This document shows, piece by piece, positions 1 to 12,346 of a DNA stretch of 64,000 nucleotides. The DNA comes from Camelus dromedarius. Its lineage: Eukaryota. The position numbers and the translations under genes were made by a program. Numbering within the stretch: the stretch's first letter is position 1; each line of letters starts with the position of its first letter. The notes beneath the pieces are model-generated. The model did no database searches. It was not told where the DNA came from and saw only the letters and a list, made by a program, of their open reading frames with translations. The stretch is taken from the NCBI RefSeq assembly GCF_036321535.1, contig NC_087447.1, forward strand, positions 51,338,001 through 51,402,000, read 5' to 3'.

Positions 1-139
1 CTTCTCTTACCATTGCCAAAATCACCAGAGCCAACTCCAGGCTGTGCTGAAACTTCCTGGTGGTCCAATTTTGCTAAAAAATAATTAAAAGCAACTTCTA
101 TTTTGTGTGTGTGATATTACTTTATTTACTATTTTTAAT

Positions 140-2560
140 AAACTCTTTACTTAAAATATAGATTTTAAAAAACAAAAAAAATAGATTTATGGAAAAATTA
201 CAAATATAGTACAGAGCATTCCTATATACTCCAAACCCAGTTTTCTCTATTATTAACATCTTACACTAGTATGGAACATTTGTCATAACTAATGAACCAA
301 TATTAATGTTAGTATTAGCTAAAGTCTGTATTTTATTCATATTTCCTTAATTTGTACCTAACATCCTTTAGCTGTTCCAAGATCCCTTCCAAGCTACTAC
401 ATTACATTTGGTCATCATATGTCCTAAGACTCCTCTTGGCTATGACAGTTTCTCAGACTCCCCTTATTTTTTATGACCTTGACAGTTTTGAGGAGTATAC
501 TAGTCAGGCATTTTGTAGAATGTCCTTCAGTTGGGATCTGTGTTGTTTTCCCCATGATTAGATTGGGGTTATATATTTTGGGAAAGAAAATCACAGAAGT
601 AAAGTGCCATTCTTATTACATCACCTCAAGGGTACATACTATCAACATAACATCACTTGATCATCTGGCTAAGGTAGTGATTGTCAGGGTTCTCCACTGC
701 AAATTTACTCTTACCTGTCCTCCCCCTCTCCTTGTCTGCCAAACTATTGTTTGAAAGGAACTCAACATGCACAACCAGCACTTAACAAGTAAGGAGCTGT
801 GTCCAAACTCCTTGAAGGCAGAGTATCTACATAAATTGTCTGCAATTCTTCTACACTGGAGAATTTTATATACTCCCCCATTTGTTTACTTATTCAATTA
901 TTTGTGTGTATTATAATGGCTTTATGGAAATTTAATTTATACTTTGAGTTATAATCCAGTACTACTTTATTTTATTGCTTCAATGGTCTAACTTTGGCCA
1001 GCTCTTTCAGTTGGCTACTGTGTCCCTTTGACATAACTCCATTTTTTGTCTTTCAGGACTCTCTTACTTCCTGGCACTATAAAATGCTGCAGGCTCACCT
1101 TGTACATTTCCTGCCCCAGTCCTTGAATCAGCCATTTCTTCAAGTAGTCCTGGTTCCTTTTATTGGAGTACAGTGTTAGAAACCAAGATCTGGGCACTAG
1201 GTGCACTCATTGCTTTTGGGCTAATCTACCTTCCTGACTGACAGAGTAAGGAAATATATGTGTGTATACCAACCCACATACATACACATATCTACAAGTA
1301 TTTCTGTATGTAACTATCTATGTATTAAGCTACACATGAGTTCATACTGATATCTCCAACTCTAGTTCATTACCACATGGATCTTTCTACCCTCCTCCCC
1401 TTGATTATCTGTAAACTACTACTCTAGCAATGAGAAACCTGACTCCCACAATCTGCCCTTCATTTACTTAATTGTTCAATTCCAGTATATACAGAGAGAG
1501 AATTCAAAATTGTTACTGCATATCCCATGGGTACACAACTTTTTCAACTAGAGTACAGTGTGATGTAGAATTTCTTTTGCATTTAATTTCACAGACTCCA
1601 CTCATTTCCAAAGTTACTTAGAACAGTACCTTTTCTCCCATCCCCTTCAGTGAGGTTGTTTTATACATTTATAATATAGTTAAATTATTTTGTCCCATTC
1701 TTTATTTCATCTTGGAACCCTTTGATCCCCTAAATTATTTTTAAATTTTGCATATTAAGGTTCCATGGGTTTTGACAAATGCATAGTATTATATATCCAT
1801 CATTACAGTATTATATCAAATGGTTTCATCACTGTAAAATATCCTCTGTGCTTTATTTTTCAACTCTCTTCCCCCACTGAATCCCTACTGATCCCTACTA
1901 ATCTATTTTCTGTCTCTCTAGTTTTGCCTTTTCTAGAATGTCCTACAAAAAGAATCATATAGTTTATAGCCTTTCAGGCTTTATTCTTTCATTTAGCAAT
2001 ATACATTCAAGATACATCCATGTCTTTGCTTAGTTTGATAGCTTATCTCTTTAAAAAATTTTTTTTAATTGTAGTAGAATACATATAACATAAAATTTAC
2101 CATCTTAGCCATTTTAAGTATACAGTTTAATGGTATTAAGTATATTCATACTGTTGTGCAATCCACCATCCATCTCCAGAACTCTCTTGTAAAACTGAAA
2201 CTCTACACCTGTTAAACATTAACTCCCCCTTCCTCCTTCCCCTAGTCCCTGGCAAACACCATTCTGTTTTCCGTCTCTATGAATTTGACTACTTTAGGTC
2301 CTTCATATAAGTAGAATCATACAGTATTTTTATTTTTGTGACTAGCGTATTTCATTTAATGTAATATCCTCAAGTTTCATTCAACTTGTAACATGTCAGA
2401 ATTCCCTTCTTTTAAGGCTGAATAATACTCCATTGTATGTTTATACCACATTTTGCTTATCCATTCATGTGTCAATGGACACCTGGGTTGCTTCTACCTT
2501 TTGGCTATTATGAATAGCTGATCCCTTTTTGTCACTGAACAGTATTTCACTGTTCAGGTG
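140..2560 (-). mobile_element. Old L1 3' region with a nested younger L1M 3' fragment (~2053-2513)
   Basis: Typical antisense L1M 3'-end text (cataaaatttaccatc..., ccattgtatgtttataccacattttg...). The nested piece is flanked by atagct(t/g)atc(t/c)cttt near 2038 and 2514. Confidence 0.75.
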
Positions 2561-2601
2561 TTTCTATGTAGGTTGACTTCTTTTTTTTTTTTTTCAATTA
2601 C

Positions 2602-2886
2602 AGCTCTTTTACCATATGACAGAGGCATGAATCCATCGAGGCTGAGCTGGAGGCTGACCTAAATGACAGAAGTCAGGACTTCAGGACTCCATATGTAGCT
2701 CCTGGAACATCTTAGGAAAGAAGCCATCCTAAGAGAGAGCTGGGTCCCTAAGCCCGGTTCAAGGATGTGAGCCATTGTCAGAAGGGAGAAGAAACGGTGA
2801 AAAAATCATCAACAGGTCTCTGTTGTTTAGATCAGCCTCCAGCTCAGCCTCCATGGATTCATGCCTCTGTCATAACATAAAGAGCT
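2602..2886. repeat. Long inverted repeat (arms 2602-2670 and 2819-2886)
   Basis: Core 2615-2657 is the reverse complement of 2832-2874 at 42 of 43 positions. Confidence 0.92.
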
Positions 2887-2889
2887 ACA

Positions 2890-3660
2890 CAATTAATGGA
2901 CACTGAAAAATGGAAGACTGGAAGACTGGTAAATTTACAAAATCTTTGATCAATCTTAGTATCACCAAAAGTGGAACAATTATACATTATATACCTCAAG
3001 TACACAGCAACACTTATGAAGTATTCTGCCTTAAAAAATAGAAAAGAAAAATAAGAAACTAAATTTAATCAAAGATTTAAATGTAGCTACCAGTTTAAAG
3101 GAAATGCAAGAGATAGAAGAACAAGTTAAATGACACCGCGTAGAAGCTATCAGCTAAATCCAGAACGTGGGACATTTTACAGAACAAGTAACTTGGTTTC
3201 TCCAATAAATCAACAACATACATTTTCTAAATGGGGGGTGCAGAGATTGTTATAAACTAAAGAAAACTAAGAGGCACAATAATTTTTAAAACATGGATTT
3301 TGTTTGGATCTTTGGGTTTTTTGTTTGTTTGTTTCGAGGAGAGTAATTAGGTTTATCTTATATATTTATTTATTTTATTTTAATGGAGGTACTGCGGACT
3401 GAACCCAGGACTTCATGCATGCTAAGCATGCACTCTACCACCAACTTACACCTCCCCCTGCCCCCCCACCCCAGATCTTAAACCAATTACCAAAAGATTT
3501 TTTTTAGCCAATTGGAGAAATCTGAATTTGGACTGGGTATTAAATGATACTTAGGAATTACTGTTAATTTGTTTTATGTGATAATGACATGGTGGTTATT
3601 TTTTCTTTAGTATCTATATTAATTAGGGACACAGACTGATGTGTTTATGGGTAAAATGAT
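2890..3660 (+). mobile_element. Old L1 (L1MC/ME-type) 3' fragment interrupted by a SINE
   Basis: gatcaatcttagtatcacc..., aaatccagaacgtgggacatttt..., ggactgggtattaaatgatac motifs. Confidence 0.6.
3313..3470 (-). mobile_element. tRNA-Ala-derived SINE (Vic-1-like)
   Basis: Reverse complement of the ggtagagtgcatgcttagcatgca...gtcctgggttca head plus AT-rich tail. Confidence 0.85.
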
Positions 3661-4467
3661 GTTTCAGTCAGATTTTAGCAGAAAATAATAGCATAATCAA
3701 ATCAAGTAATTTAAAGAGAATTTAATAAAAGGACCCTTTTTGAAGATGTAGGAAGAGTGTAGGGAATCTAGAAGGGCTAACACAGTACCCCTGGACTAGT
3801 AACAACTGTTACCACTTCGAGGCCTAGGGTGAGGAAAAGGTTTGGTCATCAGAACCTAGACAGGGAACTCTGGGAAGAGAAGTTGTGACATTTGGTTGAC
3901 ACCTGGCTGCAACAAACCCTCAGAAAGAGAGCCAGAAAAATAGTACCTCAGAGTATTAAGCTCCTCCATTCCTCCAATCACCTGGTGATGCTCTCCACTG
4001 CCAGAACCCAACTACATGCTATTGGGTAAGGGAGTTCTTTACCTGCATTCTATACAGGTAAGCCTCAGGGAATCCGAGCAGGGATGAGAGGTAGAGAAAG
4101 AGTGGACTGGGAGAGGGAAACAGGAGATACCCAGCAAAAACGACAAGATATGTAGAATTTGCTTTAAAATACTCCAGCCTCTTTCCCACCAAAACTTTGG
4201 AGAATAAATTAAACAAAACTGGCGAAGTATCAATAATCATTGAAGAGTTGAGTGAAAACTACCTAGGAATTCACTATACTATTCCCTCTACTTTGTGTAT
4301 GTTAGGAAATTTCCATAACTGAGAGTTTAAAAAAATGGTTTAGTCCCTTAAGCATGAACTGGAATATCATTTAATTATTTAATGTAAATCATATTCCTTG
4401 TAGTAGTAGAAATTCTTGTATCCTCTATCCAAGGCCTCTCTTTTCGGGTATTAAAAAACATGGGAAG

Positions 4468-4577
4468 GGGGGGAGGGTAGAGCTCAAGTGGTAGAGTGCA
4501 CAAGGTCCTGGGTTTGATCCCCAGTACCTCCTCTAAAAAAATAATAAATAAACCTAATTACCTACCCCCCCAAAAAG
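4468..4577 (+). mobile_element. Vic-1-like SINE with anticodon-arm deletion
   Basis: Pol III A/B boxes; TSD aaacatgggaag at 4456-4467 and 4578-4589; TT/AAAA-type target. Confidence 0.9.
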
Positions 4578-4797
4578 AAACATGGGAAGTCATATTAGTA
4601 AATAGCACAGAATCAGAGCAGAAGGAGAAGGATATTCTAGAGGGCTTTTTCAAATAAGCCAACTTCTGTAAAAATCTATTCTTAGCCATATAGTCCAAAA
4701 TAGTCCAAATTTAAAGTATTGGCGGTGCCTTACAATAATTTTAACTTGCCGGCATTCTTCTTCTTCCACCATATTAGACGATATCTTCTCTAATTTT

Positions 4798-4913
4798 GGG
4801 GGGAGGGGAGTTAATTAGTTTTATTTATTTTTTAACAGAGGTACTGGGGATTGAACCCAGGACCTCGTGCATGCTAAGCATGCACTCTACCACTGCACTA
4901 TACACTCCCCTGC
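4798..4913 (-). mobile_element. Vic-1-like SINE
   Basis: tRNA-Ala-like head; TSD tcttctctaatttt at 4784-4797 and 4914-4927. Confidence 0.9.
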
Positions 4914-5499
4914 TCTTCTCTAATTTTTTTAATCCTCTCTGGGCTTATGTAAAGGGAGGCTAATAATATCCAATGTTTGGTACAAAATAGTGCTCAATAA
5001 ATATCACATATTATTATAATATTGTGTTATTAATGTCTGTTGCTCAACAAATTTTTTTAAACTAAAACTAGAAATAACAGATAGACTACTTTTGACAGTG
5101 TATCACTGAGGTAGGAGCAAAAAGACCTCACAAAAATTTAATTGATTATACATGATAAAGCACTAGAGACAAGTACCTTCTATTTTAGGATCCATCCACT
5201 GCTATCTTAAGACCTCTCTAGAGTTATGTTTTGGGTTTCCTCTCCACATAGGAAGCAGTGTATGTAATAAGAAGACATAACTGTTTCATATTATCATATT
5301 TAAATAATTCATGCCAAAGATTATAGAGACAGTCACATTATAAATTTAGGACTTCATTTCTAAGAATCACCACTCAGAATAATACCTAATTTATGATGGT
5401 TACACAACTTTGTAAATTTAATAAAACCACTAAATTGCACTCTTCAAAAGGTGAATTTTATGGTAGATGGATTATATTTCAATTTAAAAACATTTATAA

Positions 5500-5700
5500 T
5501 AGCTCTTTACAAAGCACTTCATCTGTATCATCTTATTCAATCTTCACAACAAAACCCTAAGTTAGTTATTTACTATATGATTATGATGAGGAAACTGAAG
5601 CTCAGAGAAGTTTAATGATTTCCTCAAGATCTCATAGTGAGAAAATGCAGAGTAAGATGCAAACCCTCATTTTCAAGTGCTAAATCCAGTGTTTTCAACA
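5500..5700 (-). mobile_element. MIR (representative; similar MIR cores near 6810, 10340, 12360, 20000, 27000, 27520, 29040, 33850, 45880, 46360, 46990)
   Basis: Core gatgaggaaactgaagctcagagaagtt. Confidence 0.7.
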
Positions 5701-7049
5701 AACCTAGTATTACGTACCTCCTGCCTCTCAGAAACAGGATATCTCTGTAATGGCTAGAAGCTTAGTAGTTAAAATGGGGCCAAACTTGCAGGGGAAGCCA
5801 GACTCTTCTAAATCTTCCCAACCTACCTAAGAGTCATTCTTCTTCATGAAGACACTGGTCTTGGAAGTGGAATTTTGTAAGCTGGGTTTGCAAGATGCAG
5901 CTCTGACACCCATACCAACAAACATTTATGCTGAAGAAATGGGATGGATTTCTTGTTTCTGAAAAGAGATTAATTTATGTAATATGAAACAATCACAAGT
6001 AATTAATTGGGTTTATTTTGGTTTTGTTCTTTAATTGAAACAATGTCCAAAGTCCTTTTAATGACAATGTATATTATGTCATTAAAATTCCTAATCCAAG
6101 TCCAAAGACTAGTTTTTTGCATGGTGCTTGCTAGTAGAAGTGAATTATCAGTAGATCAGTAAACAAAATATATTCACATTAACTAATCCTCAAGTGACTT
6201 CTAGTAAAAGTGAATGATGAAAGAGTTACTCACAGGATTGATTTAAAAGCAACCTCCTTCAACAGAAGTGACTAAAAAGTAGTTTTAATTTACTCTAAAT
6301 TCTTTTCTGATCAGGCACCAACACAGGAGAGAGGAAAGAACTTCATTTTTCTACATGGTTTCTGTGTTTTCTGAAAGAAATTATTTTTTTAATTCAGAGA
6401 ATGTCTATTGGCACCACAGAAAACTTGGGAATTCTAAAGCGAACTTTCATTACTTGTAAAAGGAGAGGAAAGCTGGGGAGAATGAGCAAGAGTATCTTCC
6501 AAGTGCTCTACCATTTGAAGCTCGGACTAAACCTCTCCTCTCATTTTGTTCCTGCCTCCCTTCTCGCCAGCCCTGAGAAACGTGGACAGTGGTCAGCAAA
6601 GCCCGGTGGAGGCAGGACTGAGGCAGGAGAGCGCTGAGGCATCTGGACCCCTCTCCCCAAAATAAACCATGGCACCTATTCCATTAGCACAAAACCACGC
6701 TAGGTGAGGAATCCCAGTCTCTCCCAGCCGCACCCACTGGGCCGCCCCAGGTGGGCGAGCTGTTGGGAGTAGGGTGTGGTGGCAAGACCTGCTCTTTCAA
6801 CATTAAGCTAGCACTTACTCAATACTTCCTGTCTGCTAGGCTCCGCGCTAAGTGCCTTTCATGCTTTTTAAAACTAATCGATGAGGAAACCCGTAATTCT
6901 ATGAGGCAAACGTTACAGGCAAGTGAAGAAAACTAAGGCTGAAGGAGACACAGTTGCATGCCCTTCTTCAAACAGTTAAAACCCTGGTTCCCTCTGAAGT
7001 CTGTCTACTGCCGCTAAACCACCCCACCCCGCCCCACCCCTCGGCCTCT

Positions 7050-8300
7050 ACGCAGCACCTCCATTTCCCGTCTTCTCAGCCGCCCCGTAAGTTAAAAACG
7101 AGGTGGTTGGCCGAGATGGTCTTTAGGGGTCTTTCTAGCTTGGCGCCTTCACAGTTTTAGGAGCGGGGAGGGACAGCCCTCAAAGTTCTTGCTTCAAAGC
7201 ACCTGTCAAAGCGCAGCTGGGCGCGCGCCTTCCTGCTTTGCGCTAGGGGAACTTGCGCCCCACCACGCCGGAGGTCCCGGGATCCCAAGTCAAGCCTCTC
7301 GCAAAGGCGCACGGGCCGCCGAGCGCATGCGCAATGGCATCCGGGCGCGCAGCGTCCCTCCATTCCCTGCCCCACCCGGGCCTGCTTCCAGTCCGAGGGA
7401 AGCGGCGAGGGTGTGTGCCTCCCTGCCCGGTTCCGGCTGACCGTTGGCCCCTCAGCCGGCGCCCTCACAGAGCTTTCCTAGCCGTCCCTCGCCTCCCCTC
7501 CTCCGCGACTCTGGTAACACCACCATAGCGCCGAGCCGGGGAGGAGGGGAGGAGCCCTTCAGCGTGACGCCCCCGGGGCCTCAGGCTAGTCTGGACTCGG
7601 CCCGCCCCGAGGGGCGTGAGGAAGGGGCGGGGCTGCGGACTTCGGACTCTAGCCCGTACGCCTCCTCCTGCCGAGACAGAGCAGGCAGCCTAGTCTAGCG
7701 GTGAGCGAGCCATGACGGCGCTATGGGGGCCCTGGCCCGAGATGCAGGACACCTGCACCTCGCTGGGGCTGATGCTGTTGATCGTGCTGTTCGTGGGACT
7801 GGCCCGCGTGGTCACCCGGCAGCAACTGAACAGGCCCACGGTCCACGCCTTCATCTTGGAGTTTCTGGCCACCTTCCAGCTCTGCTTCTGCACCCATGAG
7901 CTGCAACTGCTGAGCGAGCAGGAACCCCTGCACCCCACCTGGCCGCTGACGCTAATCTACTTCTTCTCGTTGGTGCATGGACTGACTCTGGTGGGCACCT
8001 CCAGCAACCCGTGCGGCGTGATGATGCAGATGATGCTGGGGGGAATGTCCGCCGAGACCGGCGCGCTGAGGCTGTTGGCTCAGGTGATCGGTGCCCTGTG
8101 CAGCAGGCACTGCATAAGCGCCCTGTGGAACCTGGGGCTGACCAAGTATCACGTCAGTGAGAGGAGCTTCGCTTGTAGGAATCCCATCCAAGTCGACCTG
8201 CCCAAAGCGGTAGTCATAGAGGCCGTCTGCTCCTTTATCTTCCACAGCGCTTTGGTGCACTTCCAGGAGGTCCGAACCAAGCTTCGTATCCACCTGCTGT
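7050..8300 (+). promoter_or_regulatory. AQP11: AQP11 CpG-island promoter / first exon
   Basis: High GC and CpG density. NRF1-type GCGCATGCGCA at 7323-7333; GC box GGGGCGGGG at 7624-7632. Confidence 0.85.
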
Positions 8301-8330
8301 CAGCACTCATCACCTTTTTGGTCTATGCAG
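7712..8330 (+). CDS. AQP11: Aquaporin-11 coding exon 1 (aa 1-206 plus first base of G207)
   Basis: ATG in gagccATGa context inside a CpG island. Translation ...DTCTSLGLM...GTSSNPCGVMMQMMLGG...ITFLVYAG contains the AQP11-specific NPC motif. Donor CAG|GTTTGT after 8330; 619 nt, phase 1. Confidence 0.97.
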
Positions 8331-9892
8331 GTTTGTTATTCCCACAAAACACTTGGCACGTCCGGAGCCTCTATGACTTGAGGCTCTAAGTTCTTTGCCA
8401 AGATACATTTCAACGTACCCCCCTACGCCTGTGTGATGTCAGTATTGCTATCTCCATTGTTCTAATCGTTTCGCAGCCCGTTCTTTATCGATAGGGTAGA
8501 AATACAGATCCTCCATTCAGTGTTTTTGAGCCCCTAGAAAAAGCCACTTCTGTGCTGAAACTGAGATCATGTGAGATACTGTCAAAGTTTCAGATATCCT
8601 ACAAAGGGATAGTTTTAATGGTGGAGAGGAAAGATAACATCGGTTACTTCCTGCCAACTTGGTATAGATCCTTTCTGACACCCTCACTGAAAAATGATCC
8701 TGGGTTTTAAAAGTTCCTTCCAATTAAAAGAAAAAAAAGCGCCTTCCAGTTTAAAGCACAAGCTACTTGACTGGTTTAGTAGGAAGAGTGGGCAGTAGAA
8801 TTTCTATGTTCTATTTCTTAGTTCTTCTTCTACGAAATTACTTAAAATCATTTATTTCCTTAGTAATCCATGTTGAGTTATAAATGAACTTTTATGGCCT
8901 ATCAAGAAAGATGTGTTTTGAAATTAAAACTTGCTTGAAATTAAAGATGCTTTTTAAAAACAAATAACTCTTGAGAAATCTGTTGATTTCTTATAAATAT
9001 TTTGTTTACCTAGACAGACCTTCAGATGCAGTAATCTGGATATTCTAATGAGACAAGGAAATCCAAAAAACAAAAGTTTAATTATGAGATGTGTCATTTT
9101 AAATGACTATAACAAAATATTTTCATTGGGACTGAATCTGAATTATAAAATGTTTTGGAAATAGGAATATAATAAAAGTAAATTGGTACTAAGAGTCTAT
9201 CTTCTGCCCACTGAAAGTGAAACTATAAGTAGAAGCAAACCTTAAGACAAGGACTTGTAAAACATATGCTTAACTTCCTAGGTAAAAATGAAAGAGTATC
9301 CAATCCATTTTCCCTTCTTTAGATCTAGTACCATTCTTCTTGTAGATGCAGATGGAAATAAATTGTATAGGAGAGAAGGAAGGATATGCATATTTGAGGG
9401 GTTGGTGAATAGTTGCTAAGGTTTTGGCTAAAGCAGAAACATCCCCCATATATGAATAGAATCATCCCTAGCAAAAAGTTATGCCACGGTTTAGCTCTGT
9501 GCTTATATAATTAAAAGCAGTAAACATTTATAAGATGTTTTAAATTAATGTTATACACAGTTCCTTCTCCCTCTCTTGATTCTAAAGTTGGTATTCTTCC
9601 TGCTTTTGTACTTTAATAATGCATTTGTGATTTCATAAATACTACTGTATATAATATTAACCAATACCTATTTTATAAGTGACAAAGATTTTGAGAGAAG
9701 AGAAACAAGGTAACATTTGAAGTTATACATAAATATAGGGAGAGTTATTGGGAAAAAAAACCATACAATAATCAATTTAAGGTATCCAAAAACACTGCTC
9801 TTTTTCTTCCCCTCACATTATAGACACTGACATTGCTGAAATGAGGGTATTAATCGATGGGGGAGGAGAAGAGAGTGGAGGGATCACTAGAG

Positions 9893-10230
9893 CAGTGATT
9901 CTCAACATTTTCTCTGCACTACAATCACCTGGGGAGCATTTTAAACATACCCATATCTGGGCGCAGAGATTAAGATTTAATTCCTGTGGGAAGGGGCCTA
10001 GGCAATGATATATTTTAAAGTTTTCCAGGTGATCCCAATATGAAACCATGACTGTGAACCACTGCTCCAGTCTAGACTTTGCTGGCCAGTTCAGTAGCCA
10101 CTCTTCACATGTGGTTATTTGGTTACAAATCAGCTAACATTAAATACTCAGTTCCTCAGTCACTGTAGCCACATTTCAAGTACTCAGTAGCCAACTGTGG
10201 CTAGTGGGTCCAGTAATGGACAGCACTGGA
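9893..10230. mobile_element. Adjacent hAT-Charlie MITEs (MER5-like ~9893-10065, MER3-like ~10075-10230)
   Basis: cagtgattctcaac...gtgaaccactg termini; tagccacatttcaagtactcagtagcc core. Confidence 0.7.
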
Positions 10231-10589
10231 GACTGTTTGCAGGGACAGGACCTAACAGACAATTGTCAATTACTAGTGTTACAGAAATTGATAATCTTTT
10301 ATGATCTTCCTTTTCTGCCACTGTAAGGGAGATAAGAATATTCATTGGGCAACATGCCACGCATGCAGGGAATTTATATGAGTTATCTTAGTTAATCCTT
10401 ACAACAACCCACTGATGAATACATTATTCCCACTTTAAGTGAAGTAAGCGGGCTCAGGAAAGTGAAATGACTTGTCCAAGGTCACACAGCTAGAATCCGC
10501 TGGAACCATGGTTCTAACTGACACTAAAGCTCATGCTTATTTCATTATCAGCATTTCTAGAGCATGCTTCTCAAAAGTAACAAAACTAT

Positions 10590-10955
10590 ATACAATTGAG
10601 TACTGTTCAGCAATTAAAAGGAAGTTCTGATACATGCTATGTCACGGATGAACCTTAAAAATATGTGAAGCAAAATAAGCCAAACTCAAAGGGACAAATG
10701 TTACAGGACTCCACCTATATGAAGTATCCAGAATAGGCATATTCATAGAGTCAGAAAGTAGAATAGAGGTTATCATGGACTGGGTGGCAGGGAGGAATTG
10801 TTTAATAGATACAGAGATTCTGTTTGACGTTTTAGAATAGTGGTGACAGTTGAACATTATGAATATAACTAAAGCCACTGAATATACACTTTAAAATGGT
10901 TAAAATGGCATATTTTATGTTATATATATATATATATTTACCATAATTTTTTAAA
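10590..10955 (+). mobile_element. L1MB-like 3' end
   Basis: gatgaaccttaaaaatat...aaagccactgaatatacactttaaaatggttaaaatgg. Confidence 0.75.
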
Positions 10956-12315
10956 ATTCTAAGTTTTAAAAGGATTCTTTTGCCAAATAAATTTGGCAAA
11001 CACTGGATTAAACAGATTTTCTAATTTAAGACTTCTTGGAGCCTTTACTGTTCTACTGTTTATTATAAAACTCCAAGAGAAGGATGTGGAACACAGTTTT
11101 TCGAACTTATAGAATCTCTTTGTCTAGGAGTGTGTAGCAGAAGAGAACATACTTCGGGAAGTGCTGCACTAAGCCATGTCACTCCCCATTATTTTTTATG
11201 GATATAAGTCATAAATTTAGAACAGAGTTTTCTAAAATAGAATGAAGTTTTGGGACTAGTTGAGTTTGTGTCTTATCAGGCAGAGGTGAGGATTTGTAGG
11301 AAGGAGGTAAGAAAGGCAGGGGAAGTCAGGAAGCTAAGTCAGGCATTGTTACAAATTACTTTGATGTGTCCTTTTTTTCAACTTCGAAGATACTATTAGT
11401 ACTGGTTGGGAAAAGCTGCATGCCTGGATATTTCTTTAATCACTTGCACTTTGAGGACACCCAGAAGTCACTAATATAGGTCACATCAAAGTAACTGATT
11501 TTGTGTTTTAAGATTACAGGACATAACTGTCCAGCAGTGTAGCCATGGGTTCCTTGGATAGCCAGTGATCAAGTGTACTTATTGATTTAGTACCCTGCAC
11601 TTTGATGTGCAGATGGAGGCCACTGATGTCATTACCACTTACCATGTATTTATTGGCTTCCCAAATAAAGTGGAAAAAAAAAAAAGCTTTGTGATTTATT
11701 AACGTATTAAAGATATAAAACTATTAATGCAAATTTCAAGCAAATCTTCCTTAATTTAGGTTTTGGGAGAATTTGGTTCAATGAGCAGGACAAAGAACTG
11801 CATTCATTTTTTAATTAATTAGATATTGAGGGGGAAATCTGTTATTTTACACATCTAAGTAGATTGTTTTTATTACTATACCCTGTTCATTTACTTTTTA
11901 TTATTTTTAATTATATACTTGTTTAGTAAAGGAATGCCTGGTCTTCCTTCACCAGACAGTAAGCTTTATAAGTATACAGACTAAAATTGTTCTACTCATT
12001 ATAATGTTTAACCAGGATTTAGCATGGTGTCACCTGTTAACAGTAAACACTCAGTATTTTTAGAATGAGTGAATAATTAGCAAATACCTATTCACTTAAA
12101 AAATCACACATAAAGAAATAATACATATCTGGGTATTCATATTTTATGTCTAAGAGCTTTCAAAATAAGTCTAATAAATTGAAGTAACTGTATTTTTACT
12201 TCATTTCATTACTCCATTCAGGAGTTTCTGATTTACTTCTAAGTCACAAAGAATTTGGGTAAGATTACTTGTCAAAGGAGAAGGGAACTAAGCCCTTTAT
12301 GTATGTTCACATTTT

Positions 12316-12346
<31 letters not shown>

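Noticed and set aside
7157..8293. Several overlapping ORFs on both strands in the AQP11 CpG island
   Set aside because: Low stop-codon density in GC-rich DNA and antisense shadows of the real CDS; no recognisable products.
8331..8389. Extension of the 225-aa ORF beyond AQP11 exon 1
   Set aside because: Read-through into intron 1 past the donor; splicing at 8330 gives the full 271-aa protein.
11664..11685. AATAAA followed by an A-run in AQP11 intron 1 (retrocopy tail or intronic poly(A) site)
   Set aside because: Signal only 4 nt from the A-run, with no TSD or identifiable parent transcript; more likely an internal-priming site.
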